DNA of 64,000 nt from NCBI GenBank assembly GCA_951406725.2, contig OX597843.1, positions 7,006,001 to 7,070,000 on the forward strand. Reading direction: 5' to 3'. The notes below the pieces were generated by a model, which had not been told where the DNA came from, did no database searches, and worked only from the letters and a program-made list of their open reading frames with translations. The translations under genes and the position numbers were made by a program. This document shows, piece by piece, positions 24,830-37,861 of the stretch. Origin of the DNA: Octopus vulgaris. Lineage: Eukaryota. Each line of letters opens with the position of its first letter. Positions within the stretch are counted from its first letter, which is position 1.

Positions 24830-27800
24830 GTATCAAGTGCAAGACAATCTAGATTCTCGGCGACAACTATTGATAGTCGTTCATTCATTCTTTACTACTA
24901 CCATCATCATCATCGTCGAGTCCGTCGTCGTCCTCATCATCAGTTGTATTCGGGAAGGATGACTTTCACTTTGCAAATACTGACAGGACACATTGCGTGT
25001 CTATGAATATATATATATATATATATATATATACTACAGTAGCATGTACATATAGGGGTTAGCCATATTGAAATGGCAAAATACACACGTGTGTATGTAT
25101 ATATATGTATATATATATATACATCTGTCTGTATGTATGTATTAAATGTATTATCAGGGTGCGATATACACACACACACAAACACACACACACACACATC
25201 TTTACATTTCACACACACACTATCTGAATTTGATGACTACACACACATGGTCAGTTGGGTATAGTACCATATATATATATAGTATCCCGGAAATGACAAT
25301 ACGCGCGCATCACTGATTTGAAAAATTTCCATTATTTTTCGTTAATTTTGCTTTGTCCCCATATTTAGCATGACGGATAAAAATGCTATTTTGTCACGTT
25401 ACATTTCATGGTGTTTGGAGTGATCAGTTGAAAGTCATAGTAAATTATGCCACCAGTCTCATCTGCGATAACAATGAAGCCTCAGACATTTAATACGGAA
25501 GAAATTGAAATCACAGAAAATAAAAAAGGAAGTAGTGGAACTAGAGTCAAAGAGTACCAATGTCTTCTGTGTTTGGCAACAGGCCTCTAGCGACATGCCA
25601 TACAAGACTGAGGACCCTAAAGAAAAGAAAAAACTATTTCTGCGACCACGCTCCCCCCTAATATCTTTAAGGTACTTTTTTATTTCAACTCCCCAGACCA
25701 TAACCCCACTGGTGCAATATTCTATTCTTTCGTAAGGGCTCTGAGTTGAACGACATAAACCAACGTCTGAAAGCTTGTAACAATAGCTACAAGTATAGAC
25801 ATAGCTATGGCAACAATTCAACAACGACAACTTAAGGAGCAACAATTACGGTCCACAAATGTAATGTACAAATATTCTGAAGTCTTCAGTCTAGGTCATG
25901 GTGAATAGCGTTAAAGTACAATTGACGAAGGGGTTTTATTTCGGCGAAAAAAATTATAATTTAATGAGTTATATGCAGAGTCAGCACTTATCTGTATCGA
26001 TTTATATTTGGTAAGTGGAGTCAGTTAAAATGGGATGCAGGTAAGACTATGTTTGCGTAATGTTAGACGAAACAAAATACCTGTGCATTCAATCACAAAG
26101 GACAGATATATATATATATTGAGATAGTAGCAAAGTGTGTATATGTAGATTATATTCGAGAGGGTGCCGAAAAGTTCTGGCATTTGGGTAGAAAAGATAT
26201 ATATACAGGAGGGTCATGTTTATATATATATATTTATATATATACATATATATATATTCTCCTCTATAGATTCACACACTACATTGTAGTGTGTCCTGTG
26301 CTGTTTTCCTAAGCCTATATAAGGACTAGTGGAAGATTTGGGCCTGCACTGTGAGGCCATTTCCTTGATGCCCTTGAAAATATGTCTACTTTCCAGCACC
26401 TTGAATGGCTTTCAGATAATGTACTTCGATGACTCTCTTATGAATGATTCGTCATGAGCACTACTAAGTTGAATCACATTCGCACACACAAGCACGCGCA
26501 AAAAAAAACACAAACATACAACTGCCACAACTCGTAATATGTTTTTTTTCATGCGTCAACTCTATACTGTATATACACATGTAATATATGTATAACTTTA
26601 AAAAGCTCCGTGCACACAAACATAATAACATACCGATATATTTTGCTTATAGAGAGCTGACCTTTTCACTTTCAGGCTGCGTTTGTACCAATCTGTGTTG
26701 GTCTTAATCAAGCTAGAGAAAACGGCGTTATCAAGGTTACATTCAAATGGATGCATTATCAAACCAAACTATTCAGAAACCTATCCGATGGCCATTATAC
26801 ATACCACTTTAATGGCATCACTCGTAGTCACGTAACAATAAATTCTAGCATCAATATGTACAGATGAAAGTATGCAGATTCATTTCTATAGAAACAATCC
26901 TCAGAAACTACGACCTACATATACAAGATGCGTCTAAGGTATTTTCTCTTTACGCCTATCGCCGTTTAAATGGTGTATACTCAGATTATACCGCAGTCTT
27001 AAAATATGGTATATACTTCCAAGTGACAGTGGCTAAATTGCTTGACAAATAAAGCAGTAAATTTATCTGGAATATGTTTAATATATTAGAATCCGTACAC
27101 CAAGCAAAAAACAATTATATGTGTGTGTGTGTGTGTCTGCATGTATGTTTATGGGCTATGTACCTGTACGTAAGAATCTAGTGTAGAATATGTACATTAA
27201 AATGAGTAGCATGCAAGAACAATGCAAATAATTATTACTTATTACTTTGGATTATTATTTAATTATTATTGCATGATAGCATTCCAACGTCTTTTTGTTC
27301 AGAGTATTGCACGACTCTGTTTTTGAGGAAGAAATCCTTCGTTTGTCTTTTTTTATCGGAGCAAAGTTCCTCTTTTGCTGAATTTCTAGTGTTCAAACAT
27401 GATGTAATCGCTTGTTATCAGAAGAATATAAACAAAGTGTAGCTTTAACGGCATTGAGCATATATACGATCTATATATTTCAGGGTACTTCGTCTCGATA
27501 CTCTCACACATGTTTCTGAATACACAATCCCCACCCATATATAATGTCTATGGCCTCACCGACCAAGTCAGTATTTGTATTTACTCTTGGACTTCCATAA
27601 AAGTTCCATCTTCAATACTTCTCCAATGCTTGATAACGATAATGCTTTCTCCACCATATTCTAGCATAGGCAGGATCACCTCTTCCCACTCAAGGTCTTT
27701 TTTCTTCTGGGATGAACATTAATACACCAGATTCACATTAAACAAAGTTATTATACTGAAATAAATCACGTAGAAAAATGCTGTTGAGCAATGCAATAGA

Positions 27801-28811
27801 ACATCTTATCTGGAAAAATAACTAAAGAAAAATATTATTGAACATTTATGGTTATTTTCCTAGAAAATAAACTGATAACAGTACTGGAACACAATACTAG
27901 CTTGACTGGACTCTAAAGATTAGATAGCGAAACACTGCAAACCCCTTGTACAACTGAATGTATATTGGTTCTCGTGCCTAAGAAAATTTAACCCTCCAAT
28001 AAACTTCCAAAGGCGCGCCTAACCCATCTCTATGACATAAGACATTGGTTGTTGGCTAATAATCTTCCATAATATTTTGAGAAAGATTCCCCTTTGGGAG
28101 TGTATATATATGATATATATATATCAAAGAGTTCAGAGGAGTGTCGATAGCGGCAGGCTATTTCTCTAATTGAAGTTATCTAACAATTAATGTGAAGTTT
28201 TTATTATCTTACAATAGACAATCAGCCGTATGCATTCATGCAAGCAAGATCTGAAATGATTCTTCAATGAAAACAGGCATTGACCACCTTTTTGGATTAA
28301 CTTATAAAGAAACTGGTTTTCTAAGTATAGTATTGATGGTTCCGGATATACTACGGTTGATATAACAACACTGATGCATGTGTGGTTATTTTCATTGACA
28401 TTAAATATTATAAAATCTGGCAATTTTCTTATATGGATTTCCCTCGTTATTTTCTGTTCATATTCTTTTGTGCGTGTTTGTCAAAGAACATAAAGCTTAC
28501 TATGCAGTATCGCCACATTTGCTCCGGTCTTGAATAGGAACATAGGATCTCGTATACAAGCATTTTGAGAGTTAGAGTCCCTTGATAGATGCCAATTCGG
28601 GCTTTCTTAACCATTTCGGAATGGTTAAAGGTGTCTTCGTGGACCATGAAGTCGTTGTTCTAAAAGGAACGCTGGTCTCCTTGCACAACGCTGTATATCG
28701 ACGTTGATTTCCTTACGGACTCCCTTCCCCACAGCTGTCACGGGGAGGAAGAAGGGGTAGAAACAAACACAGGTGCAGAAGTGTGACCATGGACGCCAAC
28801 TCCGCCGCCAT
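24830..28811 (-). pseudogene. Frameshifted PA-domain RING E3 ligase gene (goliath/RNF128/RNF130-like); pseudogene or error-laden sequence
   Basis: Signal-peptide-like MAAELASMVTLLHLCLFLPLL from ATG 28811; donor gtaagc at 28500-28495. PA-like ENNHTC...LIQKGGQCLFSLK...NAYG/LIVY at 28210-28420. RING-end-like RHAMCPV..CK plus an acidic tail at 24850-25002. Confidence 0.5.
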
Positions 28812-29499
28812 CGACACACGAAAAAATTATGCATTAAAATGGAATGAAAAGTAATGATGTTAAATTTATTTTAGTAAATCGTGAGCGCGCTCTTTTAGAC
28901 GGGCTCGTGCAAGATCACATTAATCAAGATACCCGGTTAGTGTGGTTAAACTGCACCGCAAAATAAAAGTGGGAGTAGTTAGGAATCTAAATCGAAGGGG
29001 ACATACGACACTCACACAACTACAGTTTTATATATATAGATATAGTCGAACCATCTTATTAGCATTCTGTTTCTAATGATATATTACCAGTCCGAAATGT
29101 ATGTTTTAATGAAAAGCGTACAAGATGACTTTCTGTGAATGTAGCATAACAGCTAAGGTATAGTGTCAGGGGTAGGCTCAGCAACAGATTCACTTAAATA
29201 GACCATATTCCATTGTAGATAGAATATGTGAATCCAGAAATTGACATTCCTTAATGATCTAGTCTTACTATGTTCCAAACACATCAAATATTACTAAAGT
29301 TACTACAATTACTGAAGGTGTTGGCCCTATGATACGATAAAATAGTCGGTAGAAATATGCTTTAAAAATGATAATAAACAGTAGGAGAATTCAAAGCTGA
29401 TAGTCTGAAGAACAACATGACTTTTCTGGTTGCAAATAAATATAGAGTACTATTTGACTAAATCGGGAAAACTATCATAGCTGGTGATTTGTAATAAAC

Positions 29500-30100
29500 C
29501 ATCATCATCATTGTTCGACCGTGGTCAAAACAATGGAATTTACCATGCTACACCAAACTTCACGGTCCATCATGGCATTACGGAGGTCCTGTTGCTGGAT
29601 GCCTGTATCCCTGGAGATTACATCAGGGTAGGAGAGTGTGCGCCCTCTGGTATTGCGAGTAGATGGCTTCCAGAGGAGAAGAGTAGAGATTACCTCTTTT
29701 TCAGCTCTACAACAATGTCCAGCAAGATATGACACAGGTGGTAGTTTCCCATATATTTGCATTTTGGTTGGATGGCGCTTCCACGAGAGATTTTGAGCTC
29801 TCATAAGGAGGCGAGTGTAGGTTCCATCCAACCGCCTCTCAAGCTTCTTTGATAACGTCCAGGTTTCTGAGCCATATAGTAGAATTGGTTCGACTGTGGC
29901 TTTGAAGATTTCAAGTTTGAAGTCTCTACTTAGATTTGATGACCAGATCTTATGCATGTCATTACAGGCTGACCAGGCCATACCCTTTCTAGTTAGAAAA
30001 TCTTTTCCAGATGATGATATGTATGACCCAAGATATTAGTAATCAGAAACCATATTTAAGGGCGCATTGTTGAGAGTATGGATGATTAATTCACTGTTGG
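29500..30100 (-). mobile_element. RTE-clade LINE 3' fragment
   Basis: FKATVEPILLYGSETWTL...LDGTYTRLL...LAGHC; (GAT)n tail. Confidence 0.88.
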
Positions 30101-30359
30101 ACAGGCATAATACACACAATAGGCTTCTTTCAGTTGCTGTGAACTAAATCTACCTGGAGGCCTAAGGTGTCACACAGTGGGACTGAACCCGGAACCATGT
30201 GGTTGGGAAGCAAGCTACACAGCCACTCCTGTGCCTATGTTCAATTAAAAAAAAAAATCTTCAAAGCAGTGCTCCAGCATGGCTGCAGTCAAGTGACTGA
30301 AACAAGTAAAAGTACACAAACTGAAACATCGCAAATATTGTCAAGGGGAGATAACTCAC

Positions 30360-30622
30360 TGTAACTTGGATAGTGTCGATCCCTATCTCGCTCCCTGTCA
30401 CGCTCGGCTCGTTCCCTTTCTATCCTTTCCTGTTCCAACCGTTCACGCTCTCGCAGTTCCCTCGACAGACTGATGTCTCCGAGGCGGATAGGTCCACCAG
30501 AGTTCAGGTTCACCATGCCGTTTGGACTGATACGGTTGTTGCCCAGGGGGCTCATGCTTGGGTGGCGCTTTGCCGAGTGGAGCGTATCCATGTGACTGTC
30601 GCTGCCGTTCTCCTTCGTTGGT
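30360..30622 (-). CDS. CBFA2T1: CBFA2T exon (linker with RE/RD-rich stretch)
   Basis: ttccag acceptor and gtgagt donor; phase 2 in matches the previous exon, phase 1 out. PTKENGSDSHMDTLHSAKRHPSMSP resembles the MTG TKENG..AKR motif. Confidence 0.85.
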
Positions 30623-30678
30623 CTGGAAAGAGAGATTTTAATTTGGAATAAAATGAAGGATAAAGAATGTTGATATTC

Positions 30679-30797
30679 ACTGCTAATTATGCAAACCGAT
30701 GAGGGAGCCCCTAGGCAGTCCTATAAACCATCCGAGTTGTGAATGGATCTTAGAAGACTACCTAGAGGCTCCCTCATCGGTTTATATAAGTAGCAGT
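30679..30797 (-). other. Intronic ~45-bp-arm imperfect hairpin (pre-miRNA-like or MITE)
   Basis: ACTGCTA..AAACCGATGAGGGAGCCCCTAGGCAGTC pairs with GACTACCTAGAGGCTCCCTCATCGGTTT..TAGCAGT. Confidence 0.55.
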
Positions 30798-30828
30798 TAA
30801 GTACAGGTGTTGGTTACACAATGAAGGT

Positions 30829-31215
30829 CACACAGGATAATGTAGTCCTAGATAGACTATGTCTGGATAAAAGACAGGATGGTCACAGTTGGAACATCTT
30901 TGATCAGGGTCGACCTGGGGCTAAACAACAAGGAAGGACACATTAGATAATGTAGTCCTAGATACACTATGCCTGAATAAAAGACAGGATGGTCACAGCT
31001 GGAGAATCTTTGATCATAGGTCTACTGGCTCAGGACTGATCTGGGGCTAAACATCAAGGAAAGACACATTAGAAAATGCAGTCCTAGATACACTGTGTCT
31101 GAATAAAAGACAGGATGGTCACAGCTGGAACATCTTTGATCATAGGTCTACTGGATCAGGACTGACCTGGGGCTAAACAAGGAAGGACATATTAGATGAT
31201 GTCGTCCGAGATACA
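30829..31215 (+). repeat. Tandem array of ~126-bp unit (~3 copies)
   Basis: CATTAG register at 30941 and 31067; unit ends GACCTGGGGCTAAAC. Confidence 0.9.
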
Positions 31216-31249
31216 AAAGGGTCAGTGATTGCCTGAGAAAGTAGCTTAC

Positions 31250-31431
31250 CTGTCAGGTGATCTTCGTTTGCCATTCTCGTTGAACTCTGAAGACAGTGAG
31301 TCATGTGACTCAACGGGGGAGTTGGACGTATCGAAGAGGATGTGTTCGTTCTGTGCGAGGTACTGCTGGGGGGTCTGTTTGGCCATGCGGGCACAGTGTA
31401 GGAGTTCCCTTTGGAGCAGAGGTAAGTTGGC
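31250..31431 (-). CDS. CBFA2T1: CBFA2T exon (end of NHR1/TAFH and NLS-like KRRSPDR)
   Basis: [34 protein letters not shown]...[11 protein letters not shown]; ttccag/gtaagc splice sites; 182 bp. Confidence 0.95.
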
Positions 31432-32894
31432 CTGGAACAATATAGGAAAGAGAGAAAGTGTTAATGTCAGGTGTGAAAGAAAGCGAGAACGAGAGAAACA
31501 AACAGAATGGATACAGGTAAGGAGAGAGAAGGTTAGATAGACAGGTGGGTCGAGAGAGGTGTATAATTACTCTGCAGACAATATTTTCCCGCATTTTCAA
31601 CTCTTATATGCACTCCTCACAGAAATAATAACACCTACACACGGATTGGAATAAGTAGAGGTGCTTTAAGAGGACACAGCTTGGCTCTTCACCCTATCTA
31701 AATAATAATAACAACATGCCTTGATGCAGTGGCTCTCATGGCTTCTGATTGGAAGTGTTATCATGTACATTGTTTTGTCTTGGTGTAAAAGATGGGTTTT
31801 ACAGCAAATATTCTGCTCAATACCACAGATTTGCTTGTCAGTTGTTTGACCTTAACCAGTTGACTATGTCCCTTAGTGGCTGACGATATGTGCATCTCTG
31901 ATCACGAGCAGAAGTAGTAGGGGAGCATCATAGCCATGTGTTGAGAGGAATTCTTAGAGGTTTGGATAATTCACCTTTGGAAACATGGGTGGTTCGTTCT
32001 ACATCCTTAAACAAACCTTATTCAGGGACCTATTCAGTGGGATGGGTTACTCAACCAGAACAAAATTCTAACTGGGCCCCACCTGCAAGGTCATGTGCTG
32101 TTTATCTTGATATGAGATCACCATGTCGCGCACATATGGTTGTGATGCATGTGCCTAGTGTACCCTTATCAGACGGGTATACTGGGCTTCGTATATTTTA
32201 CCCCAGTGTCACTTTGATGGCATGCACTGCTCTCTCACTCAACAATAATGATAATAATAATAATATACATACAGAATGGGAGATGGTTAGATAGATAGAT
32301 GAACGGATAAGGCATTCGAAAGAGAGAAAGTATTGGAGTGCCAAGGGAGGTTACTCTTGTTGGCCTGATCTGTTGTCATGAAAAGGTGTGTTTGTGCTCG
32401 CTTAGTATTTTGTGAGTGGAGAACCGAGAGAAAGAGGGGGGTGGGAGATGGCAGTCCCTATTTACTAGACGTTTGTATACGTTTAGAGGTTTGTGCTGGG
32501 TGTAATGAGCCTTTCTATTATAGGCACAAGGCCAGCAATTTCGGGGAAGCATAAGTTGATTACATCGACCCCAGTATTCAACTGGTACTTGTTTTAGCGA
32601 CTGCAAAAGGACGGAAAGGCAAAGTCGACCTCAACAGAATTTGCAGTCAGAACGTAAGTAATAATCTTTTTACATTGGAGGCACAAGGTCGCAACTTATG
32701 GGGATGGGGGGAATTAATTGATTACATCATTGACCCCAGTACGCAACTGGTACTTAATTTATCGACCCTGAAAGGCAAAGTCGACCTCAGTGGAATTTGA
32801 ACTCAGAATGTAGCTCTTTCGTCCAGCATGCTAACGATTCTGCCATTTCACCAACTTAATGAGCGAAGTGTTATATATATAAATTTATATTGTG

Positions 32895-33210
32895 AGGGCT
32901 TAGTGGTTAGGGCATCAGGTTCATGATCGTAAGGTTGTGAGTTCGATTCCCGGCGATGCCTTGTGTCCTTGAGCAAGACACTTTATTTCACATTGCTTCA
33001 GTCCACTCAGCTGGCAAAAATGAGTAGTACCAGTAATTCAAAGGGGCCAGCCTTGTCACATTCTGTGTATCATGCTGAATCTTTCTGAGAACTATGTTAA
33101 GAGTGCATGTATCTGTGGAGTGCTCAGCCACTTGCATGTTAATTTCACGAGCAAGCTGTTCTGTTGATTGTATCAGCTGGGACCCTCGTCGTCGTAACCG
33201 ACAGAGAGCT
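32895..33210 (+). mobile_element. tRNA-derived SINE, family C
   Basis: GGCTTAGTGGTTAGGG...GAGTTCGATTCCC head followed by TGTGTCCTTGAGCAAGACACTT. Confidence 0.75.
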
Positions 33211-33567
33211 CCTATGTATATATATTCATCCAGACTAAAGCTAGACGCGGAGAAGGAGAGAAAATAGTAATTCAATGAAGGAGAAGTAGTGATAGTAATA
33301 ACTCTGACCGAGAAAGGAAGAGGTGAAAAAGATCTGTGAGAGTATATGTGTGTGTGTATGTAAAAGGGGGGTATGTGAGTGTTTGTGTGTGTGTACAATG
33401 GAAATGGGATGGTGAACAATCAACGCTGAAAAGAAAAATCAAACAGCGTTTCAACTCTGAGTGTACATGTGTGATTATTATGTACCTTATTTTTATATAA
33501 AATCCTACAAATAGCCATCATTTTTGATGGCACCGGGACAGCTAGTAATAATAATAATAATAATGAC

Positions 33568-33657
33568 CTTGAGAAATGGAATAACGAATGGTCGAAGTGG
33601 GAAGTTGGTAGCCTCCTGCAGTTTGGCATGGAACTCTTCAATGGACAAATGGGAATT
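33568..33657 (-). CDS. CBFA2T1: CBFA2T exon (NHR1/TAFH core); not in the ORF track
   Basis: Hand translation gives [30 protein letters not shown]; 90 bp, phase 0/0, tgtag acceptor, gt donor. Confidence 0.95.
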
Positions 33658-34061
33658 CTACAAAAGAGGGGAAAAAAACGGTTAAAAAGAAAGAAAGCAA
33701 ACAAAACAAGATTTTGATTAAAAGAAATTTTATAACCAATGTTTTTTGTTGTTTCGTTTTGGGTCTCTTTTGAGGCATCTCTCAGACAACAACAGTTTTA
33801 TTCAGAGAAAAAAAAAACACACATACTCTCTTTTACTTGTTCCAATCATTTGACTACGGCCATGCTGGAGCACCGCATTTAATCGAGCAAATCAACCCCA
33901 GGACTTATTCCTTGTAGGCCTAGTACTTCTTCTATCAGTCTCTTTTGCTGAACCGTTAAGTTACGGGGACGTAAACACACCATCATTTGTTGTCATCTTT
34001 TTCCAAAATAACTCCTTATATTGAACTCTAATATTTACCTCTAGTTAACTCTCTCACATCA

Positions 34062-34107
34062 TCTCTGATGAAGGGACATCCCTAATATCCCAGAAACAGC
34101 TGTAAGA
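34062..34107 (+). ncRNA. Minimal type I hammerhead ribozyme motif (Penelope-LTR type)
   Basis: TCT-CTGATGA-[GGGA..TCCC stem II]-GAAA-CAGCTG (palindromic stem III)-TA-AGA. Confidence 0.6.
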
Positions 34108-34187
34108 CTAACTTTCTTTTTATAAACGTCTTATAAATTCTACATAGTCTTAATTTTGTTGTCTCATGTTATTTGATATATATATAG

Positions 34188-34369
34188 GTGTAGGAGTGGC
34201 TGTGTGGTAAGTAGCTTGCTTACCAGCCACATGGTTCCGGGTTGAGTCCCATTGCGTGGCACCTTGGGCAAGTGTCTTCTACTATAGCCTCGGGCCGACC
34301 AAAGCCTTGTGAGTGGATTTGGTAGATGGAAACTGAAAGAAGCCTGTCGTATATAGGTATATGTATGTA

Positions 34370-34428
<59 letters not shown>

Positions 34429-34610
34429 ATGTATGTATATGTTTGTGTTTGTCCCCCCACCCCACCCCAGCATCGCTTGACAACCAATGCTGGTGTGTTT
34501 ACTTCCCCGTAGCCTAGTGGTTCGGCAAAAGGGACCGATAGAATAAGTCCTGGGGTTGATTTGCTCAATTAAAATGGCCGCAGTCAAATGACTTCAACAA
34601 ATAAAAGAGA
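34188..34610 (+). mobile_element. SINE family A
   Basis: Homologous to 691-1072. Confidence 0.88.
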
Positions 34611-35115
34611 GAGTATATATATATATGCACACACAAATCTCCCCATAAATATATATTTATACATACAAAAATCTCCCCTTATATATATATATATATATGC
34701 ACACATACACATATATATATAAATAATACACACTCACCCACATCCATAATTTAAATTCTAAAAGATTTCGGCAATCCACCCCAACACCGCTGCTGCCACC
34801 ACCATTAACATTCCCCTCTCTCTCTCTCAACCTCCCACCACAATGACAGATCTTCTCCCAACACCACCATCACTGCTACTACTACTGCTTCATCTGTCAT
34901 TTCTCCTCCACTACATCTGTTCTGTGTCTGTTCCACATCTGTCACTAACACCCTCCCTCTCTCTCTCCCCTCCACCTAACCACCCCAATGAGTGCTGCCT
35001 TTGTATTTAGTTGATTTATTTGTTGTTTTACCTCTTTTTGGGGGTTTTGCTTTTTCTACCTGCCTCCCCTCCTCCTTCCTCTTCACTATCAGCAGCCACC
35101 ACAAGGAAACTAGTC

Positions 35116-35520
35116 CACATTAGATAATGTAGTCTTAGATACACTATGACTGAATAAAAGACAGGATGGTCACAGCTGGAACATCTTTGATCACAGGTCT
35201 ACTGGATCAGGACTGACCTGGGGCTAAACATCAAGGAAAGACACATTAGATAATGTAGTCCTAGGTACACTATGTCTGAATAAAAGACAGGATGGTCACA
35301 GCTGGAACATCTTTGATGAAAGGTCTACTGGATCAAGACTGACCTGGGGCTAAACGATAAGGAAGGGCACATTAGATAATGTAGTCTTAGATACACTCTG
35401 TCTGAATAAAAGACAGGATGGTCACAGCTGGAACATCTGATAAGCTCAGAGGCTTATCAGACTGGAAAAAAGGATGGATCATAGGTGTGTTAGGGCAAGA
35501 CTGACTTAGGGCTAAACCAG
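35116..35520 (+). repeat. Second tandem array of the same 126-bp unit (~3 copies)
   Basis: CATTAG register at 35118, 35244 and 35370. Confidence 0.9.
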
Positions 35521-37124
35521 ACCAACAATCATGGTAACAGGTAAGTCATGCAGAAAGCAGAACATAAAAATAATTATCTACCCTTGGACCTCAGCTGCCC
35601 TGATTAATACCAATCACTCTATGGACCCTATACCAAACCCAGCACAAAAAAAAGTAATTTTTGAAATTCCTAAAAGCATGGCTGTCCAGTTAAGATGTTC
35701 ACTCGGTAACCATAAGATACTAAGTTCAATTCCAATGCAAGGAAAACCTTGGACAAGTTTCTTTTCATTCCATGCTGACCATTATGACTGGTCATCCAAG
35801 GCTTTGCGGACAACATCAGCATTGTTTTTAGAAGGAATTTGGTGAGGTAGATTTGCTTTCCAAGGCCAGATACCACTCCTGACTTCGCCCCTCACCTGTT
35901 TCCAAGTAACAGAATATTTTCTCCTGACTGGAAATGGGGAAACTGCTATTTGCCTCAATAATGTATTCATCTAACCCATGGAAAAACAGATGTAAAAATG
36001 AATGCTATGTATATATTTATATATAGGTGCAGGCGTGGCTGTATGGTAAGATGTTTGTTTCCCAACCACATGGTTGTGGGTTCAGTCCCACTGCATGGCA
36101 CCTTGGGCAAGTGTCTTATTCTATTGCCTCAACCCAACCTAAGCCTGTCATATACGTATGTATCTATGAATGCATGTTTGTCCCCCCTCTCACCACTTGA
36201 CAACCAATGTTGGTGTGTTTGCATCCCCGTAACTTAGCAGTTTGGAAAAGAGTCCAATAGAATAAGCACCAGGCTTAAAGAATGAGACCTGAGCTGAATT
36301 CATTCGACAAAATTTCAAGGCAGTGCCCCAGCATGGCCGCAGTCTGATGACTGGAAGAAGCAAAAAGATAAAAGATATACAGCATGTATGTATCTTATTA
36401 TTATGCTTGCTCCAGTCATTAGACTGTGGCCATGCTGGGGCACCACCTAAAAGGATTTACTAGAAACAAATCAACCCCAGGACTTCTTCTTTTTCCTTTT
36501 ATTATATCATTCTCTTTTGTTGAACCACTAATTAATGGGGACATAATGAAACCAACATTGGTTTTCAAACAGTGCTGAGGGACACACACTCACACATTAG
36601 ATCATATATATATTTCTTTATTGCCCACAGGGGACAAACAAAGGGTTTAAGTCGATTACGTCGACCCCAGTGCGTAACTGGTACTTATTTAATCTATCAT
36701 GAAAGGCAAAGTTGACTTTGGCAGAGTTTGAACTCAGAATGTAACGGCAGATGAAATACCTGTTTCTTTATTGCCCACAAGGGGCTAAACATAGAGGGGA
36801 CAAATGGATTAAGTTGATTATATTGACCTCAGTGCGTAACTGGTACTTAATTTATCGACCCCGAAAGGATGAAAGGCAACTCAGAACATAACGGCAGACG
36901 AAATACCGCAAAGCATTTCGCCCGGCGTGCCAACAATTCTGCCAGCTCGCCACCCTAATACATATAAGAAAGGCTTCTCTCAGTTTCCATTTAATAAATT
37001 CATTCACAGTGCTTTGATCAGCCTGAGGCTATAATAGAAGACACTTGCCCAAGTGCCACACAGTGGGATTGAACCTGGAGCCATTTGGGTTGGGAGGCAA
37101 ACTTCTTATCACACAGCCTCACAT

Positions 37125-37173
<49 letters not shown>

Positions 37174-37194
37174 GCACACAGATACACACACACA

Positions 37195-37612
37195 CACGAA
37201 GCAAAGGAGGCCTCACCGACCACTCAAGAAAACCCATAGTAAATGATCCAAAAGCAGGCCTCAAGCAAACTGAGTGCTCAACTTGTTCCCTTTGCCATGT
37301 AATCATGTTCTATGGACACAAATGTGTTTCTTGAGAAGGCAGCAAGCTGGCAGAATCATAAGCATGCTGGGCGAAGTGCTTAACAGTTCTGAGTTTAAAT
37401 TCCACCAAGGTCGACTTTGCCTTTCATCCTGTCGAGGTCGATAAATTAAGTACCAGTTGTGTACTGGAGTCAATCTAATCGATTGCGCCACCTCCCTCCA
37501 AATTCCAGGCTTTGTGCCTAGAGTAGAAAAGAAATGTGTCTCTTGAGGCCTGCTTGTGGATCATTTACTATGGGTTTTCTTGAGTGGACGGCAAGGCCGG
37601 CTTAGCTTCGTG
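37195..37612. mobile_element. MITE with ~70-bp TIRs interrupted by a SINE family B copy
   Basis: 37195-37265 is the reverse complement of 37542-37612. SINE 37336-37531 is flanked by the TSD AAATGTGTYTCTTGAG. Confidence 0.75.
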
Positions 37613-37639
37613 CTACAAAACCCATACAGGTGCATGTAT

Positions 37640-37803
37640 AGGTGCTGGAGTGGCTGTGTGGTAAGTAGCTTGCTTACCAACCACATGGCTCCGGGTTCAG
37701 TCCCACTGTGGGGCGCCTTGAGCAGAGTATCTTTTATTATAGCCTCAGACTGACCAAAGCCTTGTGAGTGGATTTGGTAGAGGGAAACTGAAAGAAGCTA
37801 GTC

Positions 37804-37861
<58 letters not shown>

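Noticed and set aside
30829-35520. 126-bp arrays as CRISPR-like repeats
   Set aside because: Whole units repeat with no unique spacers, there are no cas genes, and the context is a eukaryotic intron.
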